The notes below the pieces were generated by a model that was given only the letters and a program-made list of their open reading frames with translations, was not told the origin of the DNA and made no database searches. DNA of 64,000 nucleotides from IMG/VR virus record IMGVR_UViG_3300032245_001746, positions 255,858 to 319,857 of that record. One strand, given 5' to 3'. Made by a program: the position numbers and the translations under genes. Shown in pieces: positions 45,766 through 55,836 of the stretch; positions within the stretch are counted from its first letter, which is position 1, and every line of letters begins with the position of its first letter.

Positions 45766-45981
45766 TCAAGTTAAGGCATTTTCGAAAAATGGAGTATTAA
45801 TCCATTTTAAATATTCAGCACAGCCGAAAAGTTCTTGAGATACCATGCCAATTCCAGATTGCCAAACTTGAAATTTTACAACAGATTTACTGTCTTCAAA
45901 AAAGCTTGACCAAAAATCAATATCAGAAACAACTACTTCTTGAACTTTTTGTCTATCACACAGCAATCGAATTGTGTACAT
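45766..45981 (-). CDS. Hypothetical protein
   Basis: ORF on coding strand. Confidence 0.7.
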   Translation of the reverse strand: MYTIRLLCDRQKVQEVVVSDIDFWSSFFEDSKSVVKFQVWQSGIGMVSQELFGCAEYLKWINTPFFENALT

Positions 45982-46046
45982 TTTTATACCTAATAAAAAA
46001 AATTGTCACACCTGATAGCTCCATGCTACCTATGCTTTTTACACCA

Positions 46047-46084
46047 AACTTAAATTAAAGTCCCACTCAACTTTAATTTAAGTT
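46047..46084. terminator. Perfect 15-bp inverted repeat, terminator-like
   Basis: AACTTAAATTAAAGT/ACTTTAATTTAAGTT directly after a family A stop. Confidence 0.55.
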
Positions 46085-46088
46085 GTGA

Positions 46089-46463
46089 CTAAGTGGTTTC
46101 GAATAATGGCTGAATTGCTTTTCCCCAAGTAAATCCACTATCTTGATAAGCTTGAACAGTAATAAACGCACTATCTTCAGACATAAAGTCTGATCTAATC
46201 AGACTATTAAACAAATCATCAACAGTTGATTTATTTGCCAATTCATCTGGATCATTCCACCCCATATTTTGGAGGGCTTGACCAATAATACATCCTTTAC
46301 ATTCTGGACCATTTTCTACACCAGAATTGTAATGACACATTTGTTGATTAGGATTGTAAACAAAATCGGGATTTTCCGCTCCCAATTTAACTAGTTGATA
46401 TCTGAATGAATCAAAAAATTCAACTTCATTTTTGTATTTTTTTACAACATCATTTAATTTCAT
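46089..46463 (-). CDS. Family A protein
   Basis: Paralog motif (CKGCIIGQAL). Confidence 0.9.
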   Translation of the reverse strand: MKLNDVVKKYKNEVEFFDSFRYQLVKLGAENPDFVYNPNQQMCHYNSGVENGPECKGCIIGQALQNMGWNDPDELANKSTVDDLFNSLIRSDFMSEDSAFITVQAYQDSGFTWGKAIQPLFETT

Positions 46464-46505
46464 GTTTAAATCCCATTTAGAGGTTGATGACTCATCATTG
46501 TACAA

Positions 46506-46664
46506 TCAAACTTGATTTAGGTGTTTAATTGCATTTCCCCAAGAATGACCTGAATCTTGACTATTTTGAACTCTTGACAAAGACTGAATTATTTCGCTAT
46601 AAATGCCATAATTGTGAAACATAGTTGTTACTCCAATTTGTTTTTTAAGTTCAATTAAATTCAT
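46506..46664 (-). pseudogene. Internally deleted family A copy (52 aa)
   Basis: MNLIELKKQ N-terminus and QNSQDSGHSWGNAI C-terminus, core missing; stop in the repeat. Confidence 0.65.
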
Positions 46665-46679
46665 GATTTAATCCTTTGA

Positions 46680-47225
46680 TTAGACTGGCAATTCAATACC
46701 CAGAAATTTAATTATTTCTGATAATTCAATAACGGCAGATGATTTGAAATTATGTTTCAAAATCTGATTAATTCCCATATCATTTTTAAAATGAGCTAAT
46801 TGTAATGCAAATAATCCTTGTGTTTCAGATAAAAAGTGTGGTGAATCAACAGAATCAGAAATAATATTTCTGATTTCTTGTTCGGAACTTTCGATTCTAT
46901 ATGAGTGAATATTTCTGGAATTTCCATCCGTTAAAGATACTAGATGTTCAAATCTATGTTTTTGACAATGAAAATTAATTTCTTCAATTAATTCTCTTTG
47001 CAATGCATCAACGAGATTTTCGCCAGGATCAACATTTCCTCCTGGAAATCCCAAACAACCATCCCATCTTGTTAACATTAAAACCAGAGGAATATTAATT
47101 CCTCTTTGTTCTTTTTCAACATGAGTATAACTAACATATGGTTTTGCGTTTGGTGTGTAAATTACACCAAAAACCATTTGTCTCATATTTGGTTGAATTT
47201 CACATGGTTCTATTTTAGAGTACAT
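46680..47225 (-). CDS. Nudix hydrolase, NUDT16-like
   Basis: MLTRWDGCLGFPGGNVDPGE..ALQRELIEE Nudix box. Confidence 0.85.
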   Translation of the reverse strand: MYSKIEPCEIQPNMRQMVFGVIYTPNAKPYVSYTHVEKEQRGINIPLVLMLTRWDGCLGFPGGNVDPGENLVDALQRELIEEINFHCQKHRFEHLVSLTDGNSRNIHSYRIESSEQEIRNIISDSVDSPHFLSETQGLFALQLAHFKNDMGINQILKHNFKSSAVIELSEIIKFLGIELPV

Positions 47226-47234
47226 AAAAAACTT

Positions 47235-47885
47235 TCAATTATTTTTGACAAAAGATTCAGCAAATTCTTTTACTTTTTGATGTGTTGTTTGTAAAATTGG
47301 GTTAATTATTTGATATAAAGCTTCCAATTTTGGTGGACGTGTCCAAAGTTTATCTTCATGAAACATGATAATATAATCATTCTCATAAAATGCAATTTCA
47401 AATATTGCGTTTTCTTTTTCATATGGAAATCGATTGATTGGCAATTCTACATTGCCATAAACAATTTTACCATCAATTAATTTAGCAATTACACAATACG
47501 CAATTCCGCTTTCTATGTTGGATATTCTTCCTGGATTCCATTGAGTTATTTTGGAGTTATTCCATTGTTTTGGAAAAGATAAATGTGGACCATTCCACCA
47601 ATTTCTGTATGGTACAATTAATGGAAAAATTCCATAGAAATTATTTGCTTCCATTACTGCTTGATAAAAATCATTTAGACACAGATAAGTTTCATCATTT
47701 TTATTATCGCACATATTCATTAGTTGTTCTGCTTTTTCAAGCATTACAAAATGAATATGATAGCATATTAATGGATAATGAATTTCTGGATCAAATTTGA
47801 TTTGAATCAATTTATGAAAAAGTTCATTTATATCTTTTCCAGATTGATTTTTGCAGTAAATATTAATTATTTCTTCGATTTTCAT
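47235..47885 (-). CDS. Hypothetical protein
   Basis: Long ORF. Confidence 0.75.
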   Translation of the reverse strand: MKIEEIINIYCKNQSGKDINELFHKLIQIKFDPEIHYPLICYHIHFVMLEKAEQLMNMCDNKNDETYLCLNDFYQAVMEANNFYGIFPLIVPYRNWWNGPHLSFPKQWNNSKITQWNPGRISNIESGIAYCVIAKLIDGKIVYGNVELPINRFPYEKENAIFEIAFYENDYIIMFHEDKLWTRPPKLEALYQIINPILQTTHQKVKEFAESFVKNN

Positions 47886-48475
47886 CACAAATACCATGAA
47901 GCATTGAATGGTTGAGTAAGTTTCTCAGATTTAAACTTTTCAATTCTTCTCAAGGTTTCAATATCTTTTAAAACAGATTCTACGTGGTTGTGAATTTGCA
48001 GATAGGCTTTTGTACTTAATGTGATATGACCATCTACAAATAAAGAACTATTTCCATTCAAAGAATGGTATAGAATTCTTTCTCCACCGTATTTTTGATT
48101 ATCATTTTTGTAAAGATTAGAAGTTTGAACATCAAAATATTCTGAATGTGTTTTATCGTTTACTACGATTGTTTCATAATAAATAAATATTGCAGAACCT
48201 GCATCCATTCTGGAATGAGTCGACCATTCTTCGTATTCATGAAGATTTTCTCTATCAATTGGAATGCAACATAGAAATTTATGTTTAGTTCCTGGTTTTT
48301 TATCAAATGTTTCATAAGGTTCAAATTTGTAGTATGTTTGCACATAGAATTTGTTTAAAACAAACTCATCTTTAAACGCTTCAGACAAATAAAACATTAC
48401 TTCTGCACACGTTCGAGTAAAATTACTTAATCGAACATCAATAATTGGTTCAAGTTTTGCCTCTGTGATATTCAT
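47885..48475 (-). CDS. Hypothetical protein
   Basis: GGAG RBS. Confidence 0.75.
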   Translation of the reverse strand: MNITEAKLEPIIDVRLSNFTRTCAEVMFYLSEAFKDEFVLNKFYVQTYYKFEPYETFDKKPGTKHKFLCCIPIDRENLHEYEEWSTHSRMDAGSAIFIYYETIVVNDKTHSEYFDVQTSNLYKNDNQKYGGERILYHSLNGNSSLFVDGHITLSTKAYLQIHNHVESVLKDIETLRRIEKFKSEKLTQPFNASWYL

Positions 48476-48526
48476 TTTTATCTCCAGTTGTTTTTAACAA
48501 CATTGTACAATCAAACTTAATATTGT

Positions 48527-48706
48527 TTATTCTTGTTTTTCTACAACAAAGAATTTATGATGTCCATTTGGATTTTCCTCAAGATATTGTTGTTCACAAA
48601 AATCTTTCCAATCATCACATTGTTGTTTTTCCTTTATTCCTCTGGACATTACTTTCCACAATTGTTGTTTATCTGTATGACTGTGCGTTCGAATTACATA
48701 AAACAT
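48527..48706 (-). CDS. 59-aa hypothetical protein
   Basis: MFYVIRTHSH...; below cutoff. Confidence 0.55.
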   Translation of the reverse strand: MFYVIRTHSHTDKQQLWKVMSRGIKEKQQCDDWKDFCEQQYLEENPNGHHKFFVVEKQE

Positions 48707-48721
48707 TTTTACACCTGATTA

Positions 48722-49189
48722 TTAACAAGCATATTTAACAACACCATAAATAATTTGAATATCAAACCATTGTTTCATGTATTCAATTTCATCTTTGAAT
48801 AAAGTTTCAAATTGATCTAAAGATTTTTGAATCTTTTCTGGAGTAATTTCAAATTTAAGATAATCATCACAAGAATCTATGAATGAAATTTCATTTTGAA
48901 ATTTGTTTGGAAAGTAGAATTGTAATGATTTTTCTTTTGAAGCATATTCAATGTGATGATTAGGTAACAAAAAATCATCTAAATGACCTTTTGGATAATC
49001 TTCTTCCCAAAAATCTGGAGTGTCAGATACGGTTTGTTTCACATATCTTTGACTTTTACTTCTTCCACATTTTGGGCAAAAATTCGCATCTTTTGGAAAA
49101 TTATGCTTTTCACACAAATCAGTTTCAACTTCTTTGATATTTACTGTTGCGATAATATATGGACCAATATAAGTATATTTATCACTCAT
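48722..49189 (-). CDS. Zinc-ribbon protein
   Basis: C..H and FCPKCG. Confidence 0.75.
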   Translation of the reverse strand: MSDKYTYIGPYIIATVNIKEVETDLCEKHNFPKDANFCPKCGRSKSQRYVKQTVSDTPDFWEEDYPKGHLDDFLLPNHHIEYASKEKSLQFYFPNKFQNEISFIDSCDDYLKFEITPEKIQKSLDQFETLFKDEIEYMKQWFDIQIIYGVVKYAC

Positions 49190-49191
49190 TT

Positions 49192-49650
49192 TCAAACACT
49201 TTCTAATAGATTTTCTACGCAATTACTCCAGGAGTTTCCAGAATCTTGTAAATTTTGTGTTTCTCGAAAAGAAGATAATAAAACATCAATTTGGTCATCA
49301 ACAAATTCTAGTTGAAAAACTCCAGCAAAATTTCTTAAAATAGTCTTAATATTGTAAGTCACATTCATTTGTTGTGAATCAGTCCAGCCCATATTTTGGA
49401 GTGCTTGACCAAAAATGCAGCCTTTACAATCTGGACCTACAACTTCTTGAATTTTATTTTCTTTATCAACTGAAACAACTGGACCATTATATTTACATTT
49501 TGTTCTTATTTTTAACGCTTTATTTTGTTCATAGTTTGGATTATAAACAAAATTTGGATTTTCACTTGCTAGTTTCAAAACTTGTTTTTTAAGTTCAATT
49601 AAAAAATCTTGATGTGATTCGAATTTATTAACAATTTGTTTTAAGTTCAT
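49192..49650 (-). CDS. Family A protein
   Basis: Paralog motif. Confidence 0.9.
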   Translation of the reverse strand: MNLKQIVNKFESHQDFLIELKKQVLKLASENPNFVYNPNYEQNKALKIRTKCKYNGPVVSVDKENKIQEVVGPDCKGCIFGQALQNMGWTDSQQMNVTYNIKTILRNFAGVFQLEFVDDQIDVLLSSFRETQNLQDSGNSWSNCVENLLESV

Positions 49651-50042
49651 GAATGTTCCTCTAATTTTCCAATACAAAATCTTACAAATGACTGTTCTGT
49701 TTCATAGTCTAGAACCAATCCAGTAGTTTTATCAAATATCTTACGATATTCTGGCGTTCCGTAGAAATCATCATAATATAGATTGTGAGAAGTTATTAGG
49801 TTCAGTTCAATTAGTGGCAATAAATGTTTTTCAAAAGAATATTCTTCTCCAACAAATTTTTCGAATTTTTCTTTTTCAATGTGAAATGGACGAACATATT
49901 CCACGAAACATTTTAGAGAAATTTTGTCTTCACCACTGATAAAATCATTTGCGGCTTTTTCAATTTCTCCATCAGTAGTTTCTGATTCATAATAGAAACA
50001 GTTTCTTACCATCCAATTAAATAATTCATCTGGATTAACCAT
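49647..50042 (-). CDS. Acidic hypothetical protein
   Basis: Coupled ORF. Confidence 0.75.
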   Translation of the reverse strand: MVNPDELFNWMVRNCFYYESETTDGEIEKAANDFISGEDKISLKCFVEYVRPFHIEKEKFEKFVGEEYSFEKHLLPLIELNLITSHNLYYDDFYGTPEYRKIFDKTTGLVLDYETEQSFVRFCIGKLEEHS

Positions 50043-50445
50043 TGTTTACTCTCAAAAGTTTAATGCAATCACCCCAAGATGGTCCAACATCTTGTGTTCT
50101 TTGAACTAAAAGAAGTTGTTCAGGCACTTTTAATTCTTCGCTAACACAAGAATATAACAAATCTTCTATATCTACTCTTAACTTCATTTCTTTTTCATCA
50201 TCCCACCCCATATTTTGTAGGGCTTGACCAAAAATACAACCCTTACATTCTGGACCTGTGATTTCATATTCTTGAGTTGAATTATTATAAACCTTTGCAG
50301 GACCGTTATAAAAGCATACTGATGCTGCTGAATTTGTATATTTAAAATCAGGTTTTTCTTTTCCAAGTTTAATGACTTCTTGAATTAAAGCTTTTACAAA
50401 ATCATCACAAGATGGAAATTGACTGGCTATTTGTTGCAAATTCAT
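50035..50445 (-). CDS. Family A protein
   Basis: Paralog motif. Confidence 0.9.
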   Translation of the reverse strand: MNLQQIASQFPSCDDFVKALIQEVIKLGKEKPDFKYTNSAASVCFYNGPAKVYNNSTQEYEITGPECKGCIFGQALQNMGWDDEKEMKLRVDIEDLLYSCVSEELKVPEQLLLVQRTQDVGPSWGDCIKLLRVNNG

Positions 50446-50475
50446 TTTTTAATTCTTTATAAGTTTTTTAGTAAA

Positions 50476-50549
50476 TGGGACTTCTCGGACTTGAACCGAG
50501 AACCAACGAATTATGAGTTCGCTGCTCTAACCTATTGAGCTAAAGTCCC
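50476..50549 (-). tRNA. tRNA with CAU anticodon, probably Ile2 (lysidine) type, no CCA
   Basis: GGTTAGAGCAG..CTCATAA pattern like bacterial tRNA-Ile2; GGGACTT/AAGTCCC acceptor. Confidence 0.85.
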
Positions 50550-50559
50550 TTAAAATTAT

Positions 50560-51117
50560 TCATCTTACAGACATTACTGTTCCGTCGCTGTTTAAATATT
50601 CTGTTGTTTTGCTTGTAAGACAACCACTCGAACAATATTCCATTGTGGTGCGAAATCCAGAAGAACATTCTTCATAAGTCATGTCGTTATTTTCATTAAA
50701 CTTGCGTTTAACCCATCTTCCTGTTGAAGATTCAAAGTAAATTCTATTTCTTTGTTTATCAAATTGATGTTTTTCCCAGTGACCATCTGGGTCTGTAATT
50801 TTAACTTCATTTTCAAAAATTTCAATTTGTTTATTAAATATTTTTTCGCATTCTTCTATTGGAACTTCTCGAATAACTCTCAATTTGTTTGTTACTGACT
50901 TATTCCATCTTGAATAAGATTCACCTAGATCTTCAATTTCCAATAACTTGAAGTCAGGCATAATTGGATAATAAGTTAAAACATTAATTGCATTAGTGCA
51001 ATAATGAAATCCATAATGGCACATAATTGGTATGCCTGGTAATTCATAAGTTTCTCCAATTTCGAATTTATGATTAATACAAGTAAAATTGTAAGTGCCT
51101 TTATATCCAATAATCAT
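50560..51117 (-). CDS. Family B protein
   Basis: Paralog motifs and repeats. Confidence 0.9.
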   Translation of the reverse strand: MIIGYKGTYNFTCINHKFEIGETYELPGIPIMCHYGFHYCTNAINVLTYYPIMPDFKLLEIEDLGESYSRWNKSVTNKLRVIREVPIEECEKIFNKQIEIFENEVKITDPDGHWEKHQFDKQRNRIYFESSTGRWVKRKFNENNDMTYEECSSGFRTTMEYCSSGCLTSKTTEYLNSDGTVMSVR

Positions 51118-51132
51118 TTTTATTCCTTAAAA

Positions 51133-51504
51133 TTACATCATTGTACATTGTTTTTGTGTTCCTTTAAAGAACACAAGTGATTTTAAGTTGTTGAAAGGAA
51201 ACTTATCATCTGCTTTCATTTTTATTTCATTTATTTCAACATGACCGTCATTCAATGTTCTTCTTCTTTCTGAATTAGAAGAAAACATTCCTTTTACACA
51301 AAGATTTTCGATCATCCACTCTAACACTGAATCTTCTTTAATGGAAAGATCATCTTTCAAAAATACTGGCTTTTCTCCAGTATTTTTGAAATGTTCAATT
51401 TGTTCTTGACTCCATGTTTTGGAGTTTTTCAAAATTTCTCCAACTTTTTTGCCAGAGAAACCGTGTTTCATTACATCTTGTGCTGAAAGCATTTTACACC
51501 ACAT
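51133..51504 (-). CDS. Hypothetical protein with possible CCA-enzyme-tail-like and S4-like segments
   Basis: LSAQDVMKHGFSGKKVGEIL and SNSERRRTLNDGHVEIN. Confidence 0.5.
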   Translation of the reverse strand: MWCKMLSAQDVMKHGFSGKKVGEILKNSKTWSQEQIEHFKNTGEKPVFLKDDLSIKEDSVLEWMIENLCVKGMFSSNSERRRTLNDGHVEINEIKMKADDKFPFNNLKSLVFFKGTQKQCTMM

Positions 51505-51539
51505 TGTTGAAATAAGTTTGTTTTCAACAAATTGTACAA

Positions 51540-51758
51540 TCAAACTTGTTGAAGTTTTGTGCAAATATCTTTCATAGATGATCTTTCCATCAAAGAATCA
51601 TTTAGTTCATATGAATGAACTTCAAGTTTTGAATCATAAGTACACATATAACTGTGTAATATGATTTTTTTTCCAAAAATTTCAACCAAACTCCACGATT
51701 CATAAATCCAGCAATCATTTCCTTCTCTGGATTCATCAATTTGATTAATAATTTTCAT
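51540..51758 (-). CDS. Hypothetical protein
   Basis: Stop in the repeat. Confidence 0.7.
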   Translation of the reverse strand: MKIINQIDESREGNDCWIYESWSLVEIFGKKIILHSYMCTYDSKLEVHSYELNDSLMERSSMKDICTKLQQV

Positions 51759-52005
51759 TTGATTCCTTAATCATTCCGTAAAAAGTTCGAACAATTTCAG
51801 TAATTGTCAAATTACTAATTGGTAACTCGCCAAGATAAATTTTAAACTTATTAAGAACTTCATTTTCTCTCAAAGAATCATCTGCGATAACAATAAATTT
51901 TGGAATTCCATTTTCAGAAATAACAAATCGATTTTGTCGAGAATAATCAATATCCTTAAAGCAGATGCCAATAACAATACCATCAATATTCATTACGAAT
52001 TCCAC
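51745..52005 (-). CDS. Hypothetical protein
   Basis: AGGAG RBS, GTG start. Confidence 0.7.
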   Translation of the reverse strand: MEFVMNIDGIVIGICFKDIDYSRQNRFVISENGIPKFIVIADDSLRENEVLNKFKIYLGELPISNLTITEIVRTFYGMIKESNENY

Positions 52006-52014
52006 TTGTTTCTC

Positions 52015-52518
52015 CTAAATTACTTCTCGGTAAATAATAAAGTGATCAACAAGTTGCAATAATTCCTCATCGTTTGATGTTGTATTGCTGGAAATAAGCA
52101 GATCAGTTAATTGTTGACGATTTACATTGCACAATTTAATAAATTTTTTAATTGTTACAATGTTAGTTTGTTCATCTGACCAATCAATTTTAACCATGCT
52201 TGATTTGGGAAACTTAATTTGCCAAGCATTTTCAAAAATATGAAGAGTAACATCAATTTCAAATTCAGACAAATCGCCATCGTTTTCTTTGTTAAACGAA
52301 GTGTATACAGCATTTGGAAGTTTTGCAACCAATCGAAGATTGACTTTTTTTGATCTTGTATATTTTCCGGTTGAAAGAATATCTTCTTCTGAAATTACAT
52401 GATTTTTTCCAGAAACAAAATAAAGTTCTTTTGTTACTATTTTTGTGATAGTATGTTCAACAAGCATCAGGTTATCGTCAATTGTGAATACTTTTTGACC
52501 AACTTTGAATTTTGACAT
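52015..52518 (-). CDS. Hypothetical protein
   Basis: AAGGA RBS, MSKFKVG. Confidence 0.75.
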   Translation of the reverse strand: MSKFKVGQKVFTIDDNLMLVEHTITKIVTKELYFVSGKNHVISEEDILSTGKYTRSKKVNLRLVAKLPNAVYTSFNKENDGDLSEFEIDVTLHIFENAWQIKFPKSSMVKIDWSDEQTNIVTIKKFIKLCNVNRQQLTDLLISSNTTSNDEELLQLVDHFIIYREVI

Positions 52519-52591
52519 TTCAAAAATCCTTTTTGAGTTTAAAAAACCAGATACAATCACACTGTACAATCAAACTTGGTTGTAATGTCTT

Positions 52592-53086
52592 TTAAACCAA
52601 AAATTCTTTAATATCTTTTAATTCAGGAAAAAATTCTATGATTTTATCTAAATTATTAGATTCTAATGCGGAAATTCGAGCCAACTTTGTTTCTTCCACT
52701 GAATAATCTGCTCTTGGAATATAAATTGCAATTGATCCAACATTATCAGATTTTAATGTTGGATCAAATTTATAACTAAATAAACCATAGCATTTTACTC
52801 CAATTGCATAAGCGGTACGTTGTTCTATAAGATCATTAAAATCATGAAGGATTCTAGATTTTGTTTGAATAGAATTCAAAGTACAAGAATGAACCAAGCC
52901 TTGACCTACAATTTGTCCATAATAGAACGATCTTTTTTTAAGATTTTTTGCAACAATAAGACCGTTTGATTTTATATCTGCATAATAATATGGAGTAAGC
53001 AATCTGCCACTAACATATTTAAGATATTTTTTTACTTTAAGAGTAATGTTGTTTTCAGTTGGTACATGAGTTACAAACATACACAT
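52592..53086 (-). CDS. Hypothetical protein
   Basis: 164-aa ORF. Confidence 0.75.
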   Translation of the reverse strand: MCMFVTHVPTENNITLKVKKYLKYVSGRLLTPYYYADIKSNGLIVAKNLKKRSFYYGQIVGQGLVHSCTLNSIQTKSRILHDFNDLIEQRTAYAIGVKCYGLFSYKFDPTLKSDNVGSIAIYIPRADYSVEETKLARISALESNNLDKIIEFFPELKDIKEFLV

Positions 53087-53246
53087 AACATAAGCCTTTC
53101 AATTTTCTCGCACATATGGCATTTTATAAGTGCGATAAGGAAGCAAATCTTGAATTTTCAATATCAAACAAAGTGAAAAAATAAAAATTCCAAAACAAAA
53201 AACCAATATTATAATTGCAATTTCAAATAAATTTTCGAAAATCTTT

Positions 53247-53624
53247 TCAAGATAATACAACATTTCTATCTCCTGTTGGAATTTGAATTTCTGTTGAATC
53301 TACTTCGAATTTTTTATTTTCTTGGATACATTTAAGTCCAGCACTAATCATCATTTCTTCGATTTGTAATTTATACATTGGAATAAATGAGCGATTCATA
53401 CTAATTGCATTTTTTATTCTTGGAATATGCTCCTCAACAACCACCTTTATTCTTTCCTTCATCGTTGGAGATTTCCATTCCCAACGTTTGAATAAGAATA
53501 ATATATAATCAATTCTCCACGAACAACACATCATTCCACTTTTATCAGAATAATGTTTTTCTATTTTAGGAATTATTTCATAAGCTTGCATGTTTGTTTT
53601 CTTTATTTTACAAAAATGACGCAT
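53247..53624 (-). CDS. Hypothetical protein
   Basis: Coupled ORF. Confidence 0.7.
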   Translation of the reverse strand: MRHFCKIKKTNMQAYEIIPKIEKHYSDKSGMMCCSWRIDYILFLFKRWEWKSPTMKERIKVVVEEHIPRIKNAISMNRSFIPMYKLQIEEMMISAGLKCIQENKKFEVDSTEIQIPTGDRNVVLS

Positions 53625-53986
53625 TAAACTTTAATTAATTTTGAATAATTTTCAAGTGCTATGCTCGCTTCATAGCTTGATTTATATTTTTCTTTTTCGT
53701 TAATAATCAAAACTTTTGATTTTTTGTTAACATCATAATTAAGAATTATAAAACTATCCTCGGTTTTAATTATTTTTGATGTATTCCTAATAGACATTGA
53801 TCTACCAATAAGTTTGTCATTCCTTCCAAATGCGAAATATTGGTATTCTACATAATGGTTGTTACCATCTGTCCATTTATCTGGACCTCTTTGATTTATT
53901 GGCGTCCAAATATTGATTCCAGATATTGATGTGTATCCATCAATATAGCCGTTAATCATTTTGTCATAAAAATCATCTGAGTTCAT
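53624..53986 (-). CDS. Hypothetical protein
   Basis: Coupled ORF. Confidence 0.7.
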   Translation of the reverse strand: MNSDDFYDKMINGYIDGYTSISGINIWTPINQRGPDKWTDGNNHYVEYQYFAFGRNDKLIGRSMSIRNTSKIIKTEDSFIILNYDVNKKSKVLIINEKEKYKSSYEASIALENYSKLIKV

Positions 53987-54000
53987 ATGATCGCTTTATA

Positions 54001-54438
54001 TCAGAGACCGGAAATGTGTTTTGCCATTAATTCAAGGTCGGAATAATTATTTCTTCTTTTGATGAAATCAGGAAGTGTTCCAAATTCTGTTATTGGATCA
54101 ATTGAGACAATCTCTCGCCACCATGTTTCTTTTTCAACTAAAGAAATAGATTCTGTTTCTTTTCTTGTAACTGGTTCTAGATTTCGTCTTATTAGTTTAA
54201 AGTAAAGTGAATTATATTCACCTCCAAATATTCTTGTGTTAAATCCGTTTCCACCATGTCCAGCAAAAAAGGCAATAACTGTCGAATTAACAGGAGGACC
54301 ATTTTCTCCAAATTGTTCGAAAGAAGCTTTTGCTAATTGATAATAAGCTAACCAAGAAGTAGCTTTCATCAATTTAATTGTGAATTTATCTTGATTTTCT
54401 TGAATCAAGAATTGTTCTAAAGATGGAAATTTTTTCAT
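54001..54438 (-). CDS. Hypothetical protein
   Basis: 145-aa ORF. Confidence 0.75.
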   Translation of the reverse strand: MKKFPSLEQFLIQENQDKFTIKLMKATSWLAYYQLAKASFEQFGENGPPVNSTVIAFFAGHGGNGFNTRIFGGEYNSLYFKLIRRNLEPVTRKETESISLVEKETWWREIVSIDPITEFGTLPDFIKRRNNYSDLELMAKHISGL

Positions 54439-54440
54439 TA

Positions 54441-54623
54441 TTAGTTCTTTTTAAATAAGTCAATTAATACAGCGCCATATTTTTTTGCTGCTTCTTGTGC
54501 TTTTAATTTTTCTCTTTCTGTGAAATATAATGGAGTGTGACTAACCCATGCTGGTAAATGTTCTGGTTTTGGCGTATTTACCACATATCTCATATATACC
54601 GAATTACTTTTTGTCATGACCAC
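54441..54623 (-). CDS. Hypothetical protein
   Basis: GGAG RBS. Confidence 0.65.
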   Translation of the reverse strand: MVMTKSNSVYMRYVVNTPKPEHLPAWVSHTPLYFTEREKLKAQEAAKKYGAVLIDLFKKN

Positions 54624-54760
54624 TCCAGTTTAAAAAAATCGTTTCCGTGCTTTTTACGTTCCCACCAAACGATAAAAGTAAACGTCTGGCACCGAATTAA
54701 TTGCAGGGTTAATTCCTGTGGCAGATAACTTTTACATTGTACAATCAAACTAAAAGTATT

Positions 54761-55543
54761 TTAAATGAGAAGTCCATGATCATTATAATCTGTATCATCT
54801 TTTGATGATGATTTAATCAAACGATTGTTTTCGTCATATATGTTCTTTTGCCAATAACCGTCTGAACTCTTATAATAGGTCACATTTCCAAACATGTTAT
54901 ATTCAACATAAAATCCAATAAGATTCAACAATTCATTTTGATCAGTAATTTCTCTTACAATACGAATTTTATTTGTTACTGTTTTATCATATTCTGTTTC
55001 TGAATCGCCCAAATCTTCAATTTCAAGCAATTTAAAGTTATATTGATGAGGGTAATATTTCAACACATCTTTAGCATTTTTGCAATAATGAAAGCCATAA
55101 AAACATGGAAGTGGCTTTCCTGATAATTCATAAGTTTCCCCGATTTTAAACTCATGTCCACGACAAACATAGTTATATGTACCTTTATATCCTTTTTTTT
55201 CTTCTTTATAATTTGTCACTTGATTATCTAGCAATTTTTGCATTTTATTTGTTGTTTCGATTGCATCTTGTTTTGCTAAATTCATAGCTTTTTCATCGGT
55301 TCCATAAAACACTTCTGTATTTGACATAGAACCAGATGAAAGTTTAAATCTCACACAACCCATAAAACCTTTGCCGTGAAATGCACGAACATGTGCAATA
55401 AAAGCATAATAATATTCTGTTTCGTAAAAAACAGAACCTTTGTGATGATAAACCACTGTGTTAATTGTTGGATGTTCATTCATTTTTTCAGGATGAAGAG
55501 TGTTTTGCCACAAATTTTCATTATCATAGAAGTTGTCAGACAT
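54761..55543 (-). CDS. Family B domain fused to an unrelated N-terminal domain
   Basis: KGYKGTYNYVC motif starts at about residue 117. Confidence 0.85.
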   Translation of the reverse strand: MSDNFYDNENLWQNTLHPEKMNEHPTINTVVYHHKGSVFYETEYYYAFIAHVRAFHGKGFMGCVRFKLSSGSMSNTEVFYGTDEKAMNLAKQDAIETTNKMQKLLDNQVTNYKEEKKGYKGTYNYVCRGHEFKIGETYELSGKPLPCFYGFHYCKNAKDVLKYYPHQYNFKLLEIEDLGDSETEYDKTVTNKIRIVREITDQNELLNLIGFYVEYNMFGNVTYYKSSDGYWQKNIYDENNRLIKSSSKDDTDYNDHGLLI

Positions 55544-55591
55544 TTTATTTTACCTTCATGTTAAACAGCCAGTTTCTACTTGCTTATTTTT

Positions 55592-55789
55592 TCAACTCAA
55601 CAAATAATTAATATTGTAAAGAATACATGAAACTATAATAAGACTAGTAATTAAAAATGACCAAGCGGTTATTTTACCGATGTTTTTACTTGTTCCAGTA
55701 AACATAATAATTAATACATTAAAAGCAAGATATGCAAAAACAAATGAGAAATAATTTGAAACCGAGTTCCAGAATAGATTCCAATTCAT
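55592..55789 (-). CDS. Two-TM membrane protein
   Basis: Hydrophobic. Confidence 0.75.
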   Translation of the reverse strand: MNWNLFWNSVSNYFSFVFAYLAFNVLIIMFTGTSKNIGKITAWSFLITSLIIVSCILYNINYLLS

Positions 55790-55836
55790 GATTGTGCTTT
55801 CTACAAAAATTTTAGAAAATTGTATTTTGTCTGTTT

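Noticed and set aside
5603-52569. ORF-track starts MIVQ..., MYN..., MxFDCT...
   Set aside because: These are TTG or ATG codons read through the element itself, upstream of the probable TSS. True starts follow downstream RBSs.
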